The position numbers were made by a program, and so were the translations under genes. The notes under the pieces are model-generated. The model had not been told where the DNA came from. It saw only the letters and a program-made list of their open reading frames with translations, and did not search any database. From the NCBI GenBank assembly GCA_002372695.1, contig DFHS01000022.1:6284-70283 (forward strand): a DNA stretch of 64,000 nt, written 5' to 3'. Positions 53,439 to 62,859 of the stretch are shown here, in pieces. Origin of the DNA: Bacteroidales bacterium UBA3717 (lineage in GTDB: Bacteria; Bacteroidota; Bacteroidia; Bacteroidales; Paludibacteraceae). Position 1 is the stretch's first letter, and each line of letters begins with the position of its first letter.

Positions 53439-55091
53439 ATGCAAAAATCCCCATTACAAATTGCGCGCCAGAGCTATCAGCCGAAGATGCCGGTAGCATT
53501 GCAGGGCGCAGTACGCCTCGTAGAAGGCGAGAAGACGCATTCCGTAGCGGATCAAGAGGAGATTCAGAAACTCTTCCCGAACACGTACGGTATGCCGGTT
53601 ATCACGATGGAGCCCACGACGGGCGAGAACAAATGTGCGGAACCGTTTAATGTCGGCGTGATCCTCTCCGGCGGTCAAGCCCCCGGCGGTCACAATGTCA
53701 TCAGCGGTCTGTACGACGGCCTCAAAGCCCTCAATCCGAACAACAAACTGTACGGATTCCTCGGCGGTCCTTCGGGTCTGATCGACGGCAAATACCAGGA
53801 GTTGACGGGCGCTATCGTCGATGAGTACCGCAACACCGGCGGATTCGATATTATCGGTTCCGGTCGTACCAAACTGGAGGAGACATGGCAGTTCGATAAC
53901 GGTATCGAGATCTGCAAACAGCTCGGTATCAAGGCTATCGTCATCATCGGTGGCGACGACTCGAACACCAACGCTTGCGTCCTCGCAGAGTACTATCTGC
54001 AGAAGAAATGCGGCATCCAGGTCATCGGCTGCCCGAAGACCATAGACGGCGACCTCAAGAACGAGATGATCGAGACTTCTTTCGGTTTCGATACCGCTTG
54101 CAAGGTCTATTCCGAGCTCATCGGTAACATCCAGCGCGATGCTAACTCTGCGAAGAAATACTGGCACTTCATCCGCCTCATGGGCCGTTCGGCAAGCCAT
54201 ATCGCCCTCGAGTGCGCGCTGCAGAGCCAGCCGAATATCTGCCTCATCTCTGAGGAAGTAGAGGCGAAGAACATGACCCTCAATGACATCGTTGAGGACA
54301 TCGTCAAAGTGATTGTCGCTCGCGCTAACGCAGGTCTGAACTTCGGTACCGTCCTCATTCCGGAAGGTCTGATTGAGTTCATCCCGGCTATGCGTATCCT
54401 GATTCAGGAGCTGAACGACATGCTCGCTAACAACGAGGAGTTCACCGGCCTGGACGGCGACGATGCGAAACGCGAGTACGTCAAATCCAAACTCACTCCG
54501 GCTTCCTGCGAACTCTTCCGTTCGCTGCCGAAGGGTATCGCTAAGCAGCTCACGCTCGACCGCGACCCGCACGGAAACGTCATGGTTTCGCAGATCGAGA
54601 CCGAGAAACTGCTCATCGAGATGGTTCAGAAACGTCTGGCTGTCCTCAAGGCAAACGGCGAGTACAAAGGTAAGTTCTCCGCCCTCAACCACTTCTTCGG
54701 TTACGAAGGCCGTTGCGCTATCCCGTCGAACTTCGATGCCGACTACTGCTACTCTATCGGCGTGACGGCTACGCACCTCATCGCAGCCGGCAAGACCGGC
54801 TACATGTCGCTCGTGCGCAACCTCACCAAGCCGACTGCAGAGTGGATTGCAGGTGGTGTACCTATCACGATGATGATGAATATGGAGAAGCGTAACGGTA
54901 AGATGAAACCCGTTATCCAGAAAGCCCTCGTGGACCTCAACGGCAAGCCGTTCCAGTATCTGGAGGCACACCGCGCAGCTTGGGCTGATCCTATCACCAG
55001 CTATATCTACCCGGGTCCGATTCAGTATTACGGCCCGACCGAAGTATGCGATCAACCGACACACACTTTATTGCTCGAGCGCGGCAAGTAA
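53439..55091 (+). CDS. pfp: Diphosphate--fructose-6-phosphate 1-phosphotransferase (PPi-dependent PFK)
   Basis: 550 aa with the blocks [17 protein letters not shown] and [11 protein letters not shown]. Confidence 0.9.
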   Translation: MQKSPLQIARQSYQPKMPVALQGAVRLVEGEKTHSVADQEEIQKLFPNTYGMPVITMEPTTGENKCAEPFNVGVILSGGQAPGGHNVISGLYDGLKALNPNNKLYGFLGGPSGLIDGKYQELTGAIVDEYRNTGGFDIIGSGRTKLEETWQFDNGIEICKQLGIKAIVIIGGDDSNTNACVLAEYYLQKKCGIQVIGCPKTIDGDLKNEMIETSFGFDTACKVYSELIGNIQRDANSAKKYWHFIRLMGRSASHIALECALQSQPNICLISEEVEAKNMTLNDIVEDIVKVIVARANAGLNFGTVLIPEGLIEFIPAMRILIQELNDMLANNEEFTGLDGDDAKREYVKSKLTPASCELFRSLPKGIAKQLTLDRDPHGNVMVSQIETEKLLIEMVQKRLAVLKANGEYKGKFSALNHFFGYEGRCAIPSNFDADYCYSIGVTATHLIAAGKTGYMSLVRNLTKPTAEWIAGGVPITMMMNMEKRNGKMKPVIQKALVDLNGKPFQYLEAHRAAWADPITSYIYPGPIQYYGPTEVCDQPTHTLLLERGK

Positions 55092-55687
55092 TCGCTGCTC
55101 TTTGCATCACTCTTTCCCTATCCGCCCAAGATTTTTCGGCGGATAGGGACTTGTTTGCTGCGTACCAAAAGGAGGATATGTCCGTTTGGAAGGAGCAAAT
55201 TGATGTACAAAGGGACAATGTACAAAGTACAAAGGATTTACTCTACGAGTACGGGTATTGCGGATATATCGTAGCGGAGGCGAAGAAAGAGGGCAAAGAG
55301 TCCCTGATGCCGGCGGCTAAATCTTATGTGGCGCAGTTCCGCAAACATGTGGAGGCGCAAAAAGGCCATTTGCCCATAGGGCATTACGAGATGTATATGT
55401 CTGCCGTCTTGGTCTATGAACTGAGGCTGCACGAGTCCATGCGACCGATCAAGGCGATGAGTCTGGCGAAAGAGGCGACAAAACTCGCGCCCAACGATCC
55501 GTTGGTACTCTCGTACTACGGCACGAGCCTCTTTTATGCGCCCAAACCTTTTGGCAGCAAGGAGGAAGCTTTGGTGTGGTTTGAGAAGGCAGATAAGTTT
55601 TTCAAAGGCCCTCAATGGGAGTACTGTTGGGTACGTGAAGCGACCGAAATGTACATCCAACAATGCCAAGAGAAGCTAAAAAAGTAG
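55046..55687 (+). CDS. Hypothetical helical protein with signal peptide; start uncertain
   Basis: The only in-frame ATG before the signal-like [13 protein letters not shown] is at 55046, 46 nt inside pfp. Confidence 0.5.
   Translation: MRSTDTHFIARARQVIAALCITLSLSAQDFSADRDLFAAYQKEDMSVWKEQIDVQRDNVQSTKDLLYEYGYCGYIVAEAKKEGKESLMPAAKSYVAQFRKHVEAQKGHLPIGHYEMYMSAVLVYELRLHESMRPIKAMSLAKEATKLAPNDPLVLSYYGTSLFYAPKPFGSKEEALVWFEKADKFFKGPQWEYCWVREATEMYIQQCQEKLKK
55205..55235. repeat. Tandem word array, 7-nt unit x4 (GTACAAA), in frame
   Basis: Sequence is gtacaaagggacaatgtacaaagtacaaagg, encoding [11 protein letters not shown]. It is the reverse-complement word of 34951-34984. Confidence 0.9.
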
Positions 55688-55724
55688 CAAAAGTGCATTT
55701 TTTTGTAAAAAACTTGCAAAAATA

Positions 55725-55756
55725 TTTGCTCATGTCAAAAAAATGTAGTACCTTTG
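55725..55756 (+). promoter_or_regulatory. tRNA-Gln promoter (-33 TTTG, -7 TACCTTTG)
   Basis: Sequence is tttgctcatgtcaaaaaaatgtagtacctttg. Confidence 0.7.
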
Positions 55757-55812
55757 CACCCGCTTTTGAAAAACGAAGTTAATCGTGCCCTTGTGGCTAA
55801 GAAAAAGCGCAT

Positions 55813-55883
55813 TGCTCAATGGTGTAATGGTAGCACTACAGATTCTGGTTCTGTCTGTCTGGGTTCGAGTCCTGGTTGAGCAA
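55813..55883 (+). tRNA. tRNA-Gln (anticodon CUG)
   Basis: Hand-folded 71-nt cloverleaf: acceptor TGCTCAA/TTGAGCA, D arm GTGT-AATGGTA-GCAC, anticodon arm ACAGA-TTCTGGT-TCTGT, T arm CTGGG-TTCGAGT-CCTGG (two G-U pairs). Confidence 0.85.
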
Positions 55884-55889
55884 CATAGA

Positions 55890-55915
55890 AGAGACCTTAT
55901 GGGTCTCTTTCTTGT
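55890..55915 (+). terminator. Intrinsic terminator after tRNA-Gln
   Basis: agagacc-ttatg-ggtctct followed by ttcttgttc. Confidence 0.7.
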
Positions 55916-55964
55916 TCTCATACCGACTCGCACACAGTTTCTCCGCCGCTTCGCTCTGTCGATC

Positions 55965-56513
55965 CTAAGCAACAATTACTTTGGCGGGATTGCCGGCAAC
56001 GACCACATCGTCAGGGATGTCATGCGTGACGACCGAACCGGCTCCAACGATCACACGGTTACCGATGGTGACACCCGGACAAACGATTACTCCGCCGCCC
56101 AACCAGCAGTCATCGCCGATACGAATCGGTTTGCCCGTCTCTATCGTCCGGCGGCGCTCAAGGTAATCATGCGGATGGTCGGGCGTCAGCAGTTGGCAGT
56201 TGGGGCCGATGAGCGTGTGGGCACCGATGGTGATACCTCCGCCGTCCAGGAACACGCCGTTGAAATTGACCATCGAACCCTCGCCGATGGAGATACGGTT
56301 GCCGTGGTCGCAATGGAAAGGCGGACAAATAATCACCGAAGGATGCGCATCCGGGATGAGGGCTTTTATACAACGGTGCAACTCATCCATATCCCATGCG
56401 CCGCATTGATTGAGATCCCGCATGGCATAATACGCCCGCAGGATGTTCGCTTGAACCTCCTTGTCCGTGTAGTCATACGGCAAGTTATGAAGCATTTTTT
56501 CGTATTCGGTCAT
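55965..56513 (-). CDS. Maltose/galactoside O-acetyltransferase-like (left-handed beta-helix, Maa/LacA family)
   Basis: N-terminal Mac domain (YEKMLHNLPYDYTD) and hexapeptide repeats (IGDDCWLGGGVIVCPGVTIGNRVIVGAGSVV). Confidence 0.85.
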   Translation of the reverse strand: MTEYEKMLHNLPYDYTDKEVQANILRAYYAMRDLNQCGAWDMDELHRCIKALIPDAHPSVIICPPFHCDHGNRISIGEGSMVNFNGVFLDGGGITIGAHTLIGPNCQLLTPDHPHDYLERRRTIETGKPIRIGDDCWLGGGVIVCPGVTIGNRVIVGAGSVVTHDIPDDVVVAGNPAKVIVA

Positions 56514-56565
56514 TTTGTATGCGGCTTATATTACGCCTTGTTGAATTTGGATTTGGGTTGCTGTA

Positions 56566-57909
56566 TCAGTTGTTTTTTATGACTTGTACGGACGGGACAT
56601 TCAGGCGGATGGAAAGCCACTGCTCCATACGCGCAAGGTCTTCGTGGGTTAGTGTCTCTTTCTTATGGTTTGCCGCCTGTTTCTCGGAGATGACCAGCAG
56701 TACGGTCGAGTCTGCTCTTGCAAGGGTTATACGGTCTATGGACGACCACTGTGCGCGCAGTTCGTTACTGATCTGCTCCGTAGGCAGAACAAGCGCTTCA
56801 TAGGCATCCAGTTGTTGCCGGAGTGCGCGAATCGAATCGTCGCGCTGACGCAGTTGCTGCTCGGTGGACGCTAACCAGTCGCGCATGACCTCTGTCTCGT
56901 TCAAACGGTGAACTTCGATGGTGGCATCTTCCTGAAAGAGAATCTGCGCATGCGAAATCCCGTGTTTCTCTGCGTTCGTATAGAGCTGTGCGCGAGACTC
57001 AGGGCTTAGCGCTTCGCCTGCCAGCCGCAGCGTGAGCGTATAAGGTTTGACGGACATGTCCGTGCTGTAGTCATAGATATAAGTGCCTCCGACGGCTTGG
57101 TTCTCCTTCACAAAATGCCGTGCTTCGGTGGTGAAGCGGTTCTCGCGGACGATACTATACGCCGTGAAGAAACTGGGCACCAGCACAACGAGAATCAACA
57201 AACCATAAGAGATGATTCTCCGGCGCGAGGTTCCGTCTTTCTCTTCCACCACAGGGAAACGCAAGTACTTGACAGCCAAAAAAGTAGCCAAGGCGATGAA
57301 GATACAGTTGATAAAGAACAGATAGAGCGCTCCTGCTGCGTATTGCCAGTTGAGGCTGGCGATACCGTAACCGACCGTACAGAGCGGCGGCATGAGTGCG
57401 GTAGCGATAGCCACGCCGGAAAGAACCGTTCCCTTTTCTTTGCGCGAGAGTTCCAGGATGCCGGCAATTCCTCCGAAGAAAGCGATGAGCACATCATAGA
57501 CAGAGGGGTTGGTGCGCGCTAACAGTTCCGTGGGATTGTCCGTCTCCAGAGGTGTTACCATAAAATAGAGCGTTGATGCCAAAAGGCTGATGGCGAACAT
57601 GATTCCGAGGTTCTTGAGCGACTGCAAGAGCAGATCCGTGTCGTTGGTTCCCAAGCCCATGCCGAAACCAATGATCGGACTCATCAGCGGCGAGATAAGC
57701 ATGGCGCCGATGATCACAGGAATGGAGTTGACATTCAGTCCGACCGAAGCAATGACAATCGCCACAAAGAGGATGTAGATGTTCGGTCCGCGGAAAGGGA
57801 TATTACTGCGGATATTCGCGCTGGCGGCCTGCACATCCGTATAGTCAGTCAGGCTGAGCCGTTCGCGAATGAAACGTTTTGCCCGTTCTTTGAATTCTGA
57901 ATAGGTCAT
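56566..57909 (-). CDS. DUF389-domain membrane protein (TIGR00341-like)
   Basis: Blocks VIGAMLISPLMSPIIG and IATALMPPLCTVGYG. Confidence 0.75.
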   Translation of the reverse strand: MTYSEFKERAKRFIRERLSLTDYTDVQAASANIRSNIPFRGPNIYILFVAIVIASVGLNVNSIPVIIGAMLISPLMSPIIGFGMGLGTNDTDLLLQSLKNLGIMFAISLLASTLYFMVTPLETDNPTELLARTNPSVYDVLIAFFGGIAGILELSRKEKGTVLSGVAIATALMPPLCTVGYGIASLNWQYAAGALYLFFINCIFIALATFLAVKYLRFPVVEEKDGTSRRRIISYGLLILVVLVPSFFTAYSIVRENRFTTEARHFVKENQAVGGTYIYDYSTDMSVKPYTLTLRLAGEALSPESRAQLYTNAEKHGISHAQILFQEDATIEVHRLNETEVMRDWLASTEQQLRQRDDSIRALRQQLDAYEALVLPTEQISNELRAQWSSIDRITLARADSTVLLVISEKQAANHKKETLTHEDLARMEQWLSIRLNVPSVQVIKNN

Positions 57910-57934
57910 ATATCAAAAGGTTTTAGTATGTCGT

Positions 57935-58450
57935 TTATTTGGTTAGGGTGTTTAGCGTCTCGACGGAGAGTTCGCTCATGCCTTCGATGGCATCGCTCAC
58001 GTTGAGCAGCAGTTTGGGGTTGCTCACATCCCAATGGAAGGTGCCGGAGTCGCTGTACCGCGCCGTCTCCGATTGCAGCACATAGACATAGCCGAAAGTC
58101 CTGCCGTTTTGAGTAAGACGGTCGATACAGAGGACACGCTTCGCATTGCGGTTAATGACGATGTTGCGCCAGATGACGTTGGTCGGCTGTGTATTGTGGG
58201 CTGGCGCAAAAGTAGTCTGGTAGATCATGCTTGCTCCTTCGCTATCCACCTCGTAGTCCGGCTGCAGGCTGATATAGGCATCGCTGCGGAAGGAATAGGT
58301 GTTGTCATGACCGCTCACCGCCTTCAGTTCGTTTACCTTGAACGGGATGTCTTTCTGCACGTCTTTTGCGAACTCCTCACTTGTGGTTGTCCGTTGCACC
58401 GCACATGAGCAGAGGGTAAAGGCTAATATGTAATAGATAGCTCTTTTCAT
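57935..58450 (-). CDS. Hypothetical lipoprotein
   Basis: Start chosen at MKRAIYYILAFTLCSCA (lipobox). The upstream ATG at 58525 is also possible. Confidence 0.55.
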   Translation of the reverse strand: MKRAIYYILAFTLCSCAVQRTTTSEEFAKDVQKDIPFKVNELKAVSGHDNTYSFRSDAYISLQPDYEVDSEGASMIYQTTFAPAHNTQPTNVIWRNIVINRNAKRVLCIDRLTQNGRTFGYVYVLQSETARYSDSGTFHWDVSNPKLLLNVSDAIEGMSELSVETLNTLTK

Positions 58451-58622
58451 TCTGCCTCTTTTAACTAGGTCTAGTAATAATGTACGTTCAATTAGTTTCA
58501 TTTCCAAAACTTTAATTATTTTCATTTTTTAGAAAACCGCTGCAAAGTTTTTTTTGTTAATTATGCAAGAGTTTCTACGCTTTTTCTATAATTTTATGCT
58601 CAAAATAGCACGCTTTTCCCTA

Positions 58623-58760
58623 TCATTTCATGCTACTACCTAACTGCCGGAAGAAATCTACGGCAGAGCGGACGACTTCGTTGCGGCGGGTAGTGATGGT
58701 ATGGTTCAGTCCGGGAATGGCATCTGCGTCATTATTTTTGATTAGAAGGAATGATTTTGG
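58623..58760 (-). pseudogene. 3' remnant of an alpha/beta-hydrolase-type gene (45 codons, no start)
   Basis: Open frame PKSFLLIKNNDADAIPGLNHTITTRRNEVVRSAVDFFRQLGSSMK, bounded upstream by a stop that overlaps the end of the acetyltransferase gene. It resembles the His-loop and C-terminal helix of esterases. Confidence 0.4.
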
Positions 58761-59333
58761 TTATTCTATCATCTTAATCACTTTCGCCGGAACGCCAGCA
58801 ACGATGGCATTGGCAGGGACATCTTTGGTAACCACGGCTCCTGCGGCAACGATGGCATTGTCACCGATAGTCACGCCTTGCAGCACAGTTACATTCGCTC
58901 CGAGCCACACTTTTTTGCCGATATGTATCGGTTTGGCAGTCATGCCCGCCCGTTGAGCCGGGTCGGGGATGTGATTGAGCGTGCATAGCGTGGCGTTATG
59001 ACCGATGAGGGCATCGTCGTCGATGAAGATACCGCCTTGGTCTTGGAACTTACAGCCCATGTTGATGAACACCCGTTCGCCGACATGCGTGTTCTTGCCG
59101 CAGTCGGTATAGAAAGGCGGAAACATGCCGAAACTATCCGGCATGTCTATCGCCCATAACTCGCTCAACAGCCGTCTCAGTTCCTCGGGCGTGTGGTACG
59201 AGCCGTTGATTTCGGCGGTGATACGCAGGGCTTCCTGAGAATACTTATGGAACTCCATATGCAACTCCGAGCCGCCGATAATCGGCTCGTCCGTTGCCAT
59301 CCGTTCACGAAATTGGTCTATTGTCATTCTCAT
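58761..59333 (-). CDS. Second Maa/LacA-family sugar O-acetyltransferase
   Basis: Mac-like N-domain and hexapeptide repeats ([31 protein letters not shown]). Confidence 0.85.
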   Translation of the reverse strand: MRMTIDQFRERMATDEPIIGGSELHMEFHKYSQEALRITAEINGSYHTPEELRRLLSELWAIDMPDSFGMFPPFYTDCGKNTHVGERVFINMGCKFQDQGGIFIDDDALIGHNATLCTLNHIPDPAQRAGMTAKPIHIGKKVWLGANVTVLQGVTIGDNAIVAAGAVVTKDVPANAIVAGVPAKVIKMIE

Positions 59334-59338
59334 TTCTT

Positions 59339-59830
59339 TTACCCTAAGTCAGCAAAAATAATCCAGTTTGGAGAATGGTAGGTCAACACACCTATGGTCA
59401 ATATGCTGCACAATATGAGCACAATCCATAGTCTCCAGTGATTCTGCACGAACGGCGCTGTCCGCCATCGTTTGGCAATGTGGATGGCGCCAAGCATACA
59501 AGCGATATAAATGGCGATATCAAGCAGCATCAATTCATGCCGCACAAATACCCAATAAGAAAAAAATGCCATGACTATAAGCGGCATCACTGCCAGTCCT
59601 CCTAATACAGGTGCACCTATTTCACGAATGTCGCGGCGACTAATAGTAAGATACAAACTCAGCAACAGCATTGGGTAAAAAAACATTTTCATGTGGGCCA
59701 TCACACTCTCTGCTACGGGAAAGAAATAGCCCATAAAATGGTTGAAGAACGGCACGTGATGCACAAAATGCATGCTTGTACCAAAGACTATCAGCAATAT
59801 AGCTGCTATGATTGTTTCTTTGCGGGTCAT
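59339..59830 (-). CDS. Hypothetical integral membrane protein (about 5 TM)
   Basis: Hydrophobic 163-aa ORF tightly packed between neighbouring genes. Confidence 0.6.
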   Translation of the reverse strand: MTRKETIIAAILLIVFGTSMHFVHHVPFFNHFMGYFFPVAESVMAHMKMFFYPMLLLSLYLTISRRDIREIGAPVLGGLAVMPLIVMAFFSYWVFVRHELMLLDIAIYIACMLGAIHIAKRWRTAPFVQNHWRLWIVLILCSILTIGVLTYHSPNWIIFADLG

Positions 59831-59839
59831 GATTCTCTT

Positions 59840-60223
59840 TTATGATTTAAAGCATTCAGTTTTAAATAATATCGGTTTATTTGGGGCGATATCGAAATTC
59901 TCAAGCGCCCAGCCGATGAGGGCGGAGACGTGCGGCATGAGGGACTGACCGCGGGCGGTGAGGCTGTACTCAACTCTCGGCGGCACTTCGGGATAAACCT
60001 GCCGACTGATAAGCCCTATCTGTTCAAGCCGTTTGAGCGTCTGCGAGAGCATTTTCTGGGAACAATCGGACATATCACGGTGTAATTCATTAAAACGCAG
60101 CGTGCCGTGTTCGTTCAGATGGTACAACACAAGCAGCGACCATTTGTCGCCGAATTTGTCAATCACGTTCCGAATCGGACAGTTCAGGTATTGAGGATCC
60201 ACCTCCTTATATATTTTACGCAT
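59840..60223 (-). CDS. HxlR-family winged-helix transcriptional regulator
   Basis: CPIRNVIDKFGDKWSLLVLYHL...RFNEL...SQKMLSQTLKRLEQIGLISRQVYPEVPPRVEYSLT. Confidence 0.9.
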   Translation of the reverse strand: MRKIYKEVDPQYLNCPIRNVIDKFGDKWSLLVLYHLNEHGTLRFNELHRDMSDCSQKMLSQTLKRLEQIGLISRQVYPEVPPRVEYSLTARGQSLMPHVSALIGWALENFDIAPNKPILFKTECFKS

Positions 60224-60227
60224 AAAG

Positions 60228-60272
60228 ACATTTACAATTTAGTCATTTACAATTTACCATTTATTGGATCAT
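60228..60272. repeat. Tandem word array, 15-nt unit x2 plus tail (CATTTACAATTTA)
   Basis: Sequence is catttacaatttagt catttacaatttacc atttattggatcatt, directly upstream of the HxlR-family ATG. Confidence 0.9.
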
Positions 60273-60296
60273 TGGGACATTTTGCCAAATGCACTG

Positions 60297-60304
60297 CAAA
60301 ATTA
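60297..60304 (-). promoter_or_regulatory. -7 box TAATTTTG, probable promoter of the HxlR-family operon
   Basis: Plus-strand caaaatta. Confidence 0.45.
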
Positions 60305-60456
60305 CAAAAATTTCTTTGAGTAACCAAATATTTTTCGGAAATTCGCTCTAAAAAAGTTACTTTGTCATCATTTTTTGCTTTTTGGGGGTTAGCAATTAGA
60401 GAAAATAAAGGGGCTTTCTTTTTCGCGGAGCCCGAGATTGAGATTCTAAAAATAAT

Positions 60457-60486
60457 TATAGAGACGCTCGTAATAGCGTCTCTATA
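60457..60486 (-). terminator. Intrinsic terminator (12-bp stem)
   Basis: tatagagacgct-cgtaat-agcgtctctata. On the minus strand it is followed by attattttt. Confidence 0.75.
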
Positions 60487-60523
60487 ATTGCTATTGGACA
60501 TTTATGATTTGGATGAAATCAGA

Positions 60524-61201
60524 TTACAAAAGTACGATTGATGCTATCAAAATTTCAAGATCGTCTTTATATCCTCCTTCTGCAACTTGAGATATATAGA
60601 TAAACAATTTATCCTTGCGATAAGCGATAAATACCTCACCGTCTATCTCTGGTAAATCGTGTATTTGAGCATGGTATTTTACAAGTTTACCGTATAAGTT
60701 CCCTCTTTTTTCATTATCTCCTACAGAGGTAAATGCAATTTTCGTATAGTTTTCCCTAAGTGATGATTTAATATCTAACATTGCGGTTTCATACCTTGTA
60801 TCTTTATCATCAGCACTCAACAACTTAAAATCAGGATTTGTAGAACATGACATTTGTACCATAGTTAAGTTGTTACCTTTTGCCTGACATAACACACGGC
60901 GCGAAGTACCATTCTCTGTCTCGCTAATTTCAAAATAATCAGGATACGAAAAATAACAACCGAATTTGCATGTATATTCTAACCACTCTACATCCCGTGC
61001 TTCTTTATCTGCTTTCATATCAATCATCCGATTGTATAAGAAGTCAGGATTTTTCTCTATCTGTTGAGTTATTATTTCTAGATTCTTTTTTTGCAAGTAC
61101 TTGGTATAAATTCTAACACCAATAAAAATACAAGCAAAAATGCCTACTACAATCCATGTGACATAATTGTAGTTTTTCTTTTCAATCTTTTGTTCTTCCA
61201 T
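60524..61201 (-). CDS. Hypothetical single-pass membrane protein
   Basis: N-terminal TM WIVVGIFACIFIGV plus an about 180-aa soluble domain. AT-rich. No family recognised. Confidence 0.6.
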   Translation of the reverse strand: MEEQKIEKKNYNYVTWIVVGIFACIFIGVRIYTKYLQKKNLEIITQQIEKNPDFLYNRMIDMKADKEARDVEWLEYTCKFGCYFSYPDYFEISETENGTSRRVLCQAKGNNLTMVQMSCSTNPDFKLLSADDKDTRYETAMLDIKSSLRENYTKIAFTSVGDNEKRGNLYGKLVKYHAQIHDLPEIDGEVFIAYRKDKLFIYISQVAEGGYKDDLEILIASIVLL

Positions 61202-61230
61202 ACATATAATGTTTTAAATTTTTATATATC

Positions 61231-61484
61231 GACACAAAAAGTGCAAGTCTCTTATCGTGTCGCCAAGGCAGCCCTGCAAGGAACCTTCACTCATCTAAGA
61301 AACTCACACTATTAGCGTGAGCATCTATTATTGATGAGTAAAAGTAACCCAATATAGGCTACAATGCTCTGATTATTTCAGGGTCTTATTCCGTAAAGTT
61401 TTGCAGGGCTTTCGGCTGACACGAAATAATAATGCTTTATAAATATGTTATTTTACTAACTCCGACGCTTCGGAGTGAAATTTG
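61231..61484 (-). ncRNA. Candidate structured 5' leader (about 275 nt) of the 60524..61201 gene
   Basis: Lies downstream of the promoter at 61488-61519. It has a long-range helix (61401-61422 with 61257-61279) enclosing three hairpins, and an alternative GACAC/GUGUC pairing (61257-61261 with 61231-61235). Confidence 0.35.
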
Positions 61485-61487
61485 CTG

Positions 61488-61519
61488 CAAAGGTACTACT
61501 TTTTTCTCAAATATGCAAA
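61488..61519 (-). promoter_or_regulatory. Promoter (-33 TTTG, -7 TACCTTTG)
   Basis: Minus-strand reading is tttgcatatttgagaaaaaagtagtacctttg with 20-nt spacing. Confidence 0.65.
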
Positions 61520-61542
61520 TATAATATTATTTTTTTATAAGA

Positions 61543-62832
61543 TTATAAGAAATCAAGAATCAGGTCAGCATATGATTCTACCGCTTTTCTGAATCCGCAT
61601 ATAAACAACATGCATTTATGGTTCTCACTATAAATAGGGTCGTTATAAGTTCTGAATTCTGCACCTTTAATCTTAAAGTTTTCGATTCTAAGATTCATAA
61701 ATGGTTTAATGAAATGCAGCAAATGATCTTTCTTATCTTGCGTATATCGATAAAATGCCTGAATATTGTTGACATAAGGAGGAAAATAATCAATAATTAC
61801 TAATCTATGATTGTCACCATACATTAACAATCTTCTTTGCAGTAATTGATTGACATATAAATCACTAAATGAATATCCAATAATTAAAATCCCTCGATTT
61901 TCTATTAGTTTGTTTACCAGGTTAGGATGATATATACTACTTGGCAAGAAAGTCATCTTATCTAATTTGCGTAGACCTATTAGTATAGGTGAGTTTATAT
62001 AAAACTCTTTGGCTTGTGTTTGTTCGTCTTGTTGTCTTCCTATATGTTTTATCGCATCCTTAACGCTTTTCATCTTAAAGAAATCTCTGTTACTATGAGT
62101 ATTTCCGCATTCTTCTGGACATTCAGCGTAGTATATACACCCGTGAAGGTGTTGTACTGTAGATAAATTATTTGGATTGTTCAATAATTTCTTAGGTAGA
62201 AAAGCACTAACTTTATCTTCGCTTTCCTCTATCAACTCGAACCCATCCTCATAATCTCCGATACATTGTTCGATGGTCGTATCATAGTTAAATGTGAAGA
62301 TGTCATATTTTATATTATCTCTACCTTTCCAAAATTTTCGATACCAAATTTCAGAATCCGTGTGTTCTCGGAAATGGCTATCATAGCGTTCTATTATACT
62401 TATTATTTCTTTTAGACTTTCAAAAACTGCACGCTCAAATTCAACATGCTTATAACTTTCTAATTCTTTTCGTACTATAAGCAAAGTAGATAAAGGAGGA
62501 ACTCCTGTAGGATCAAAGTATTCTATTCCATTGCTCGTTAAAGATAACATTGATTCTAATAGAAAGTATAATTCCTCAAAATTAAGATTATACTTATCAG
62601 ATAGATATTGCTTTTTCAATGGATACTTATCATATACTGATAATTTACGTCTTAATGCAAGATTATAAACAACATTAATAACGTCACATTGCTCTTTATC
62701 ATACCCTTTAAAAGTCAGTTCTTTTATGGCTTTTGTGATATTTTCTGTAGACGGGATAAATGCATTAGGGTAATGAAAGTCAAAATCCAATACAGCACCT
62801 GCTCCTACTATGGTTGTAATTCGTTTTTGCAT
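61543..62832 (-). CDS. SIR2-like (SIR2_2/AbiH-clan, DHS-like NAD-binding fold) protein
   Basis: ATG at 62832 (MQKRITT). Blocks IVGAGAVLDF, FTFNYDTTIEQ, VQHLHGC and ILIIGYSFSDLYVNQLL. AT-rich. Confidence 0.7.
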   Translation of the reverse strand: MQKRITTIVGAGAVLDFDFHYPNAFIPSTENITKAIKELTFKGYDKEQCDVINVVYNLALRRKLSVYDKYPLKKQYLSDKYNLNFEELYFLLESMLSLTSNGIEYFDPTGVPPLSTLLIVRKELESYKHVEFERAVFESLKEIISIIERYDSHFREHTDSEIWYRKFWKGRDNIKYDIFTFNYDTTIEQCIGDYEDGFELIEESEDKVSAFLPKKLLNNPNNLSTVQHLHGCIYYAECPEECGNTHSNRDFFKMKSVKDAIKHIGRQQDEQTQAKEFYINSPILIGLRKLDKMTFLPSSIYHPNLVNKLIENRGILIIGYSFSDLYVNQLLQRRLLMYGDNHRLVIIDYFPPYVNNIQAFYRYTQDKKDHLLHFIKPFMNLRIENFKIKGAEFRTYNDPIYSENHKCMLFICGFRKAVESYADLILDFL

Positions 62833-62859
62833 AACACGAAGGTATATTAATCGATGCGA

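Noticed and set aside
51905-55064. Very long antisense ORFs opposite clearly identified genes. Examples: 504 aa opposite ispG, 536 aa opposite pfp, and similar ones at 6299-7144, 17931-18851, 34984-36204, 38115-39335, 45341-46588, 50319-51275 and 55785-56582.
   Set aside because: The sense-strand products carry unambiguous family signatures. The antisense translations are Arg/His/Val-rich, low-complexity and motif-free. This is typical of shadow ORFs in GC-richer coding DNA.
61231-61484. Structured RNA next to a SIR2-like gene as a retron msr/msd.
   Set aside because: No reverse transcriptase gene lies anywhere nearby. The region is transcribed from its own promoter toward a TM-protein gene.
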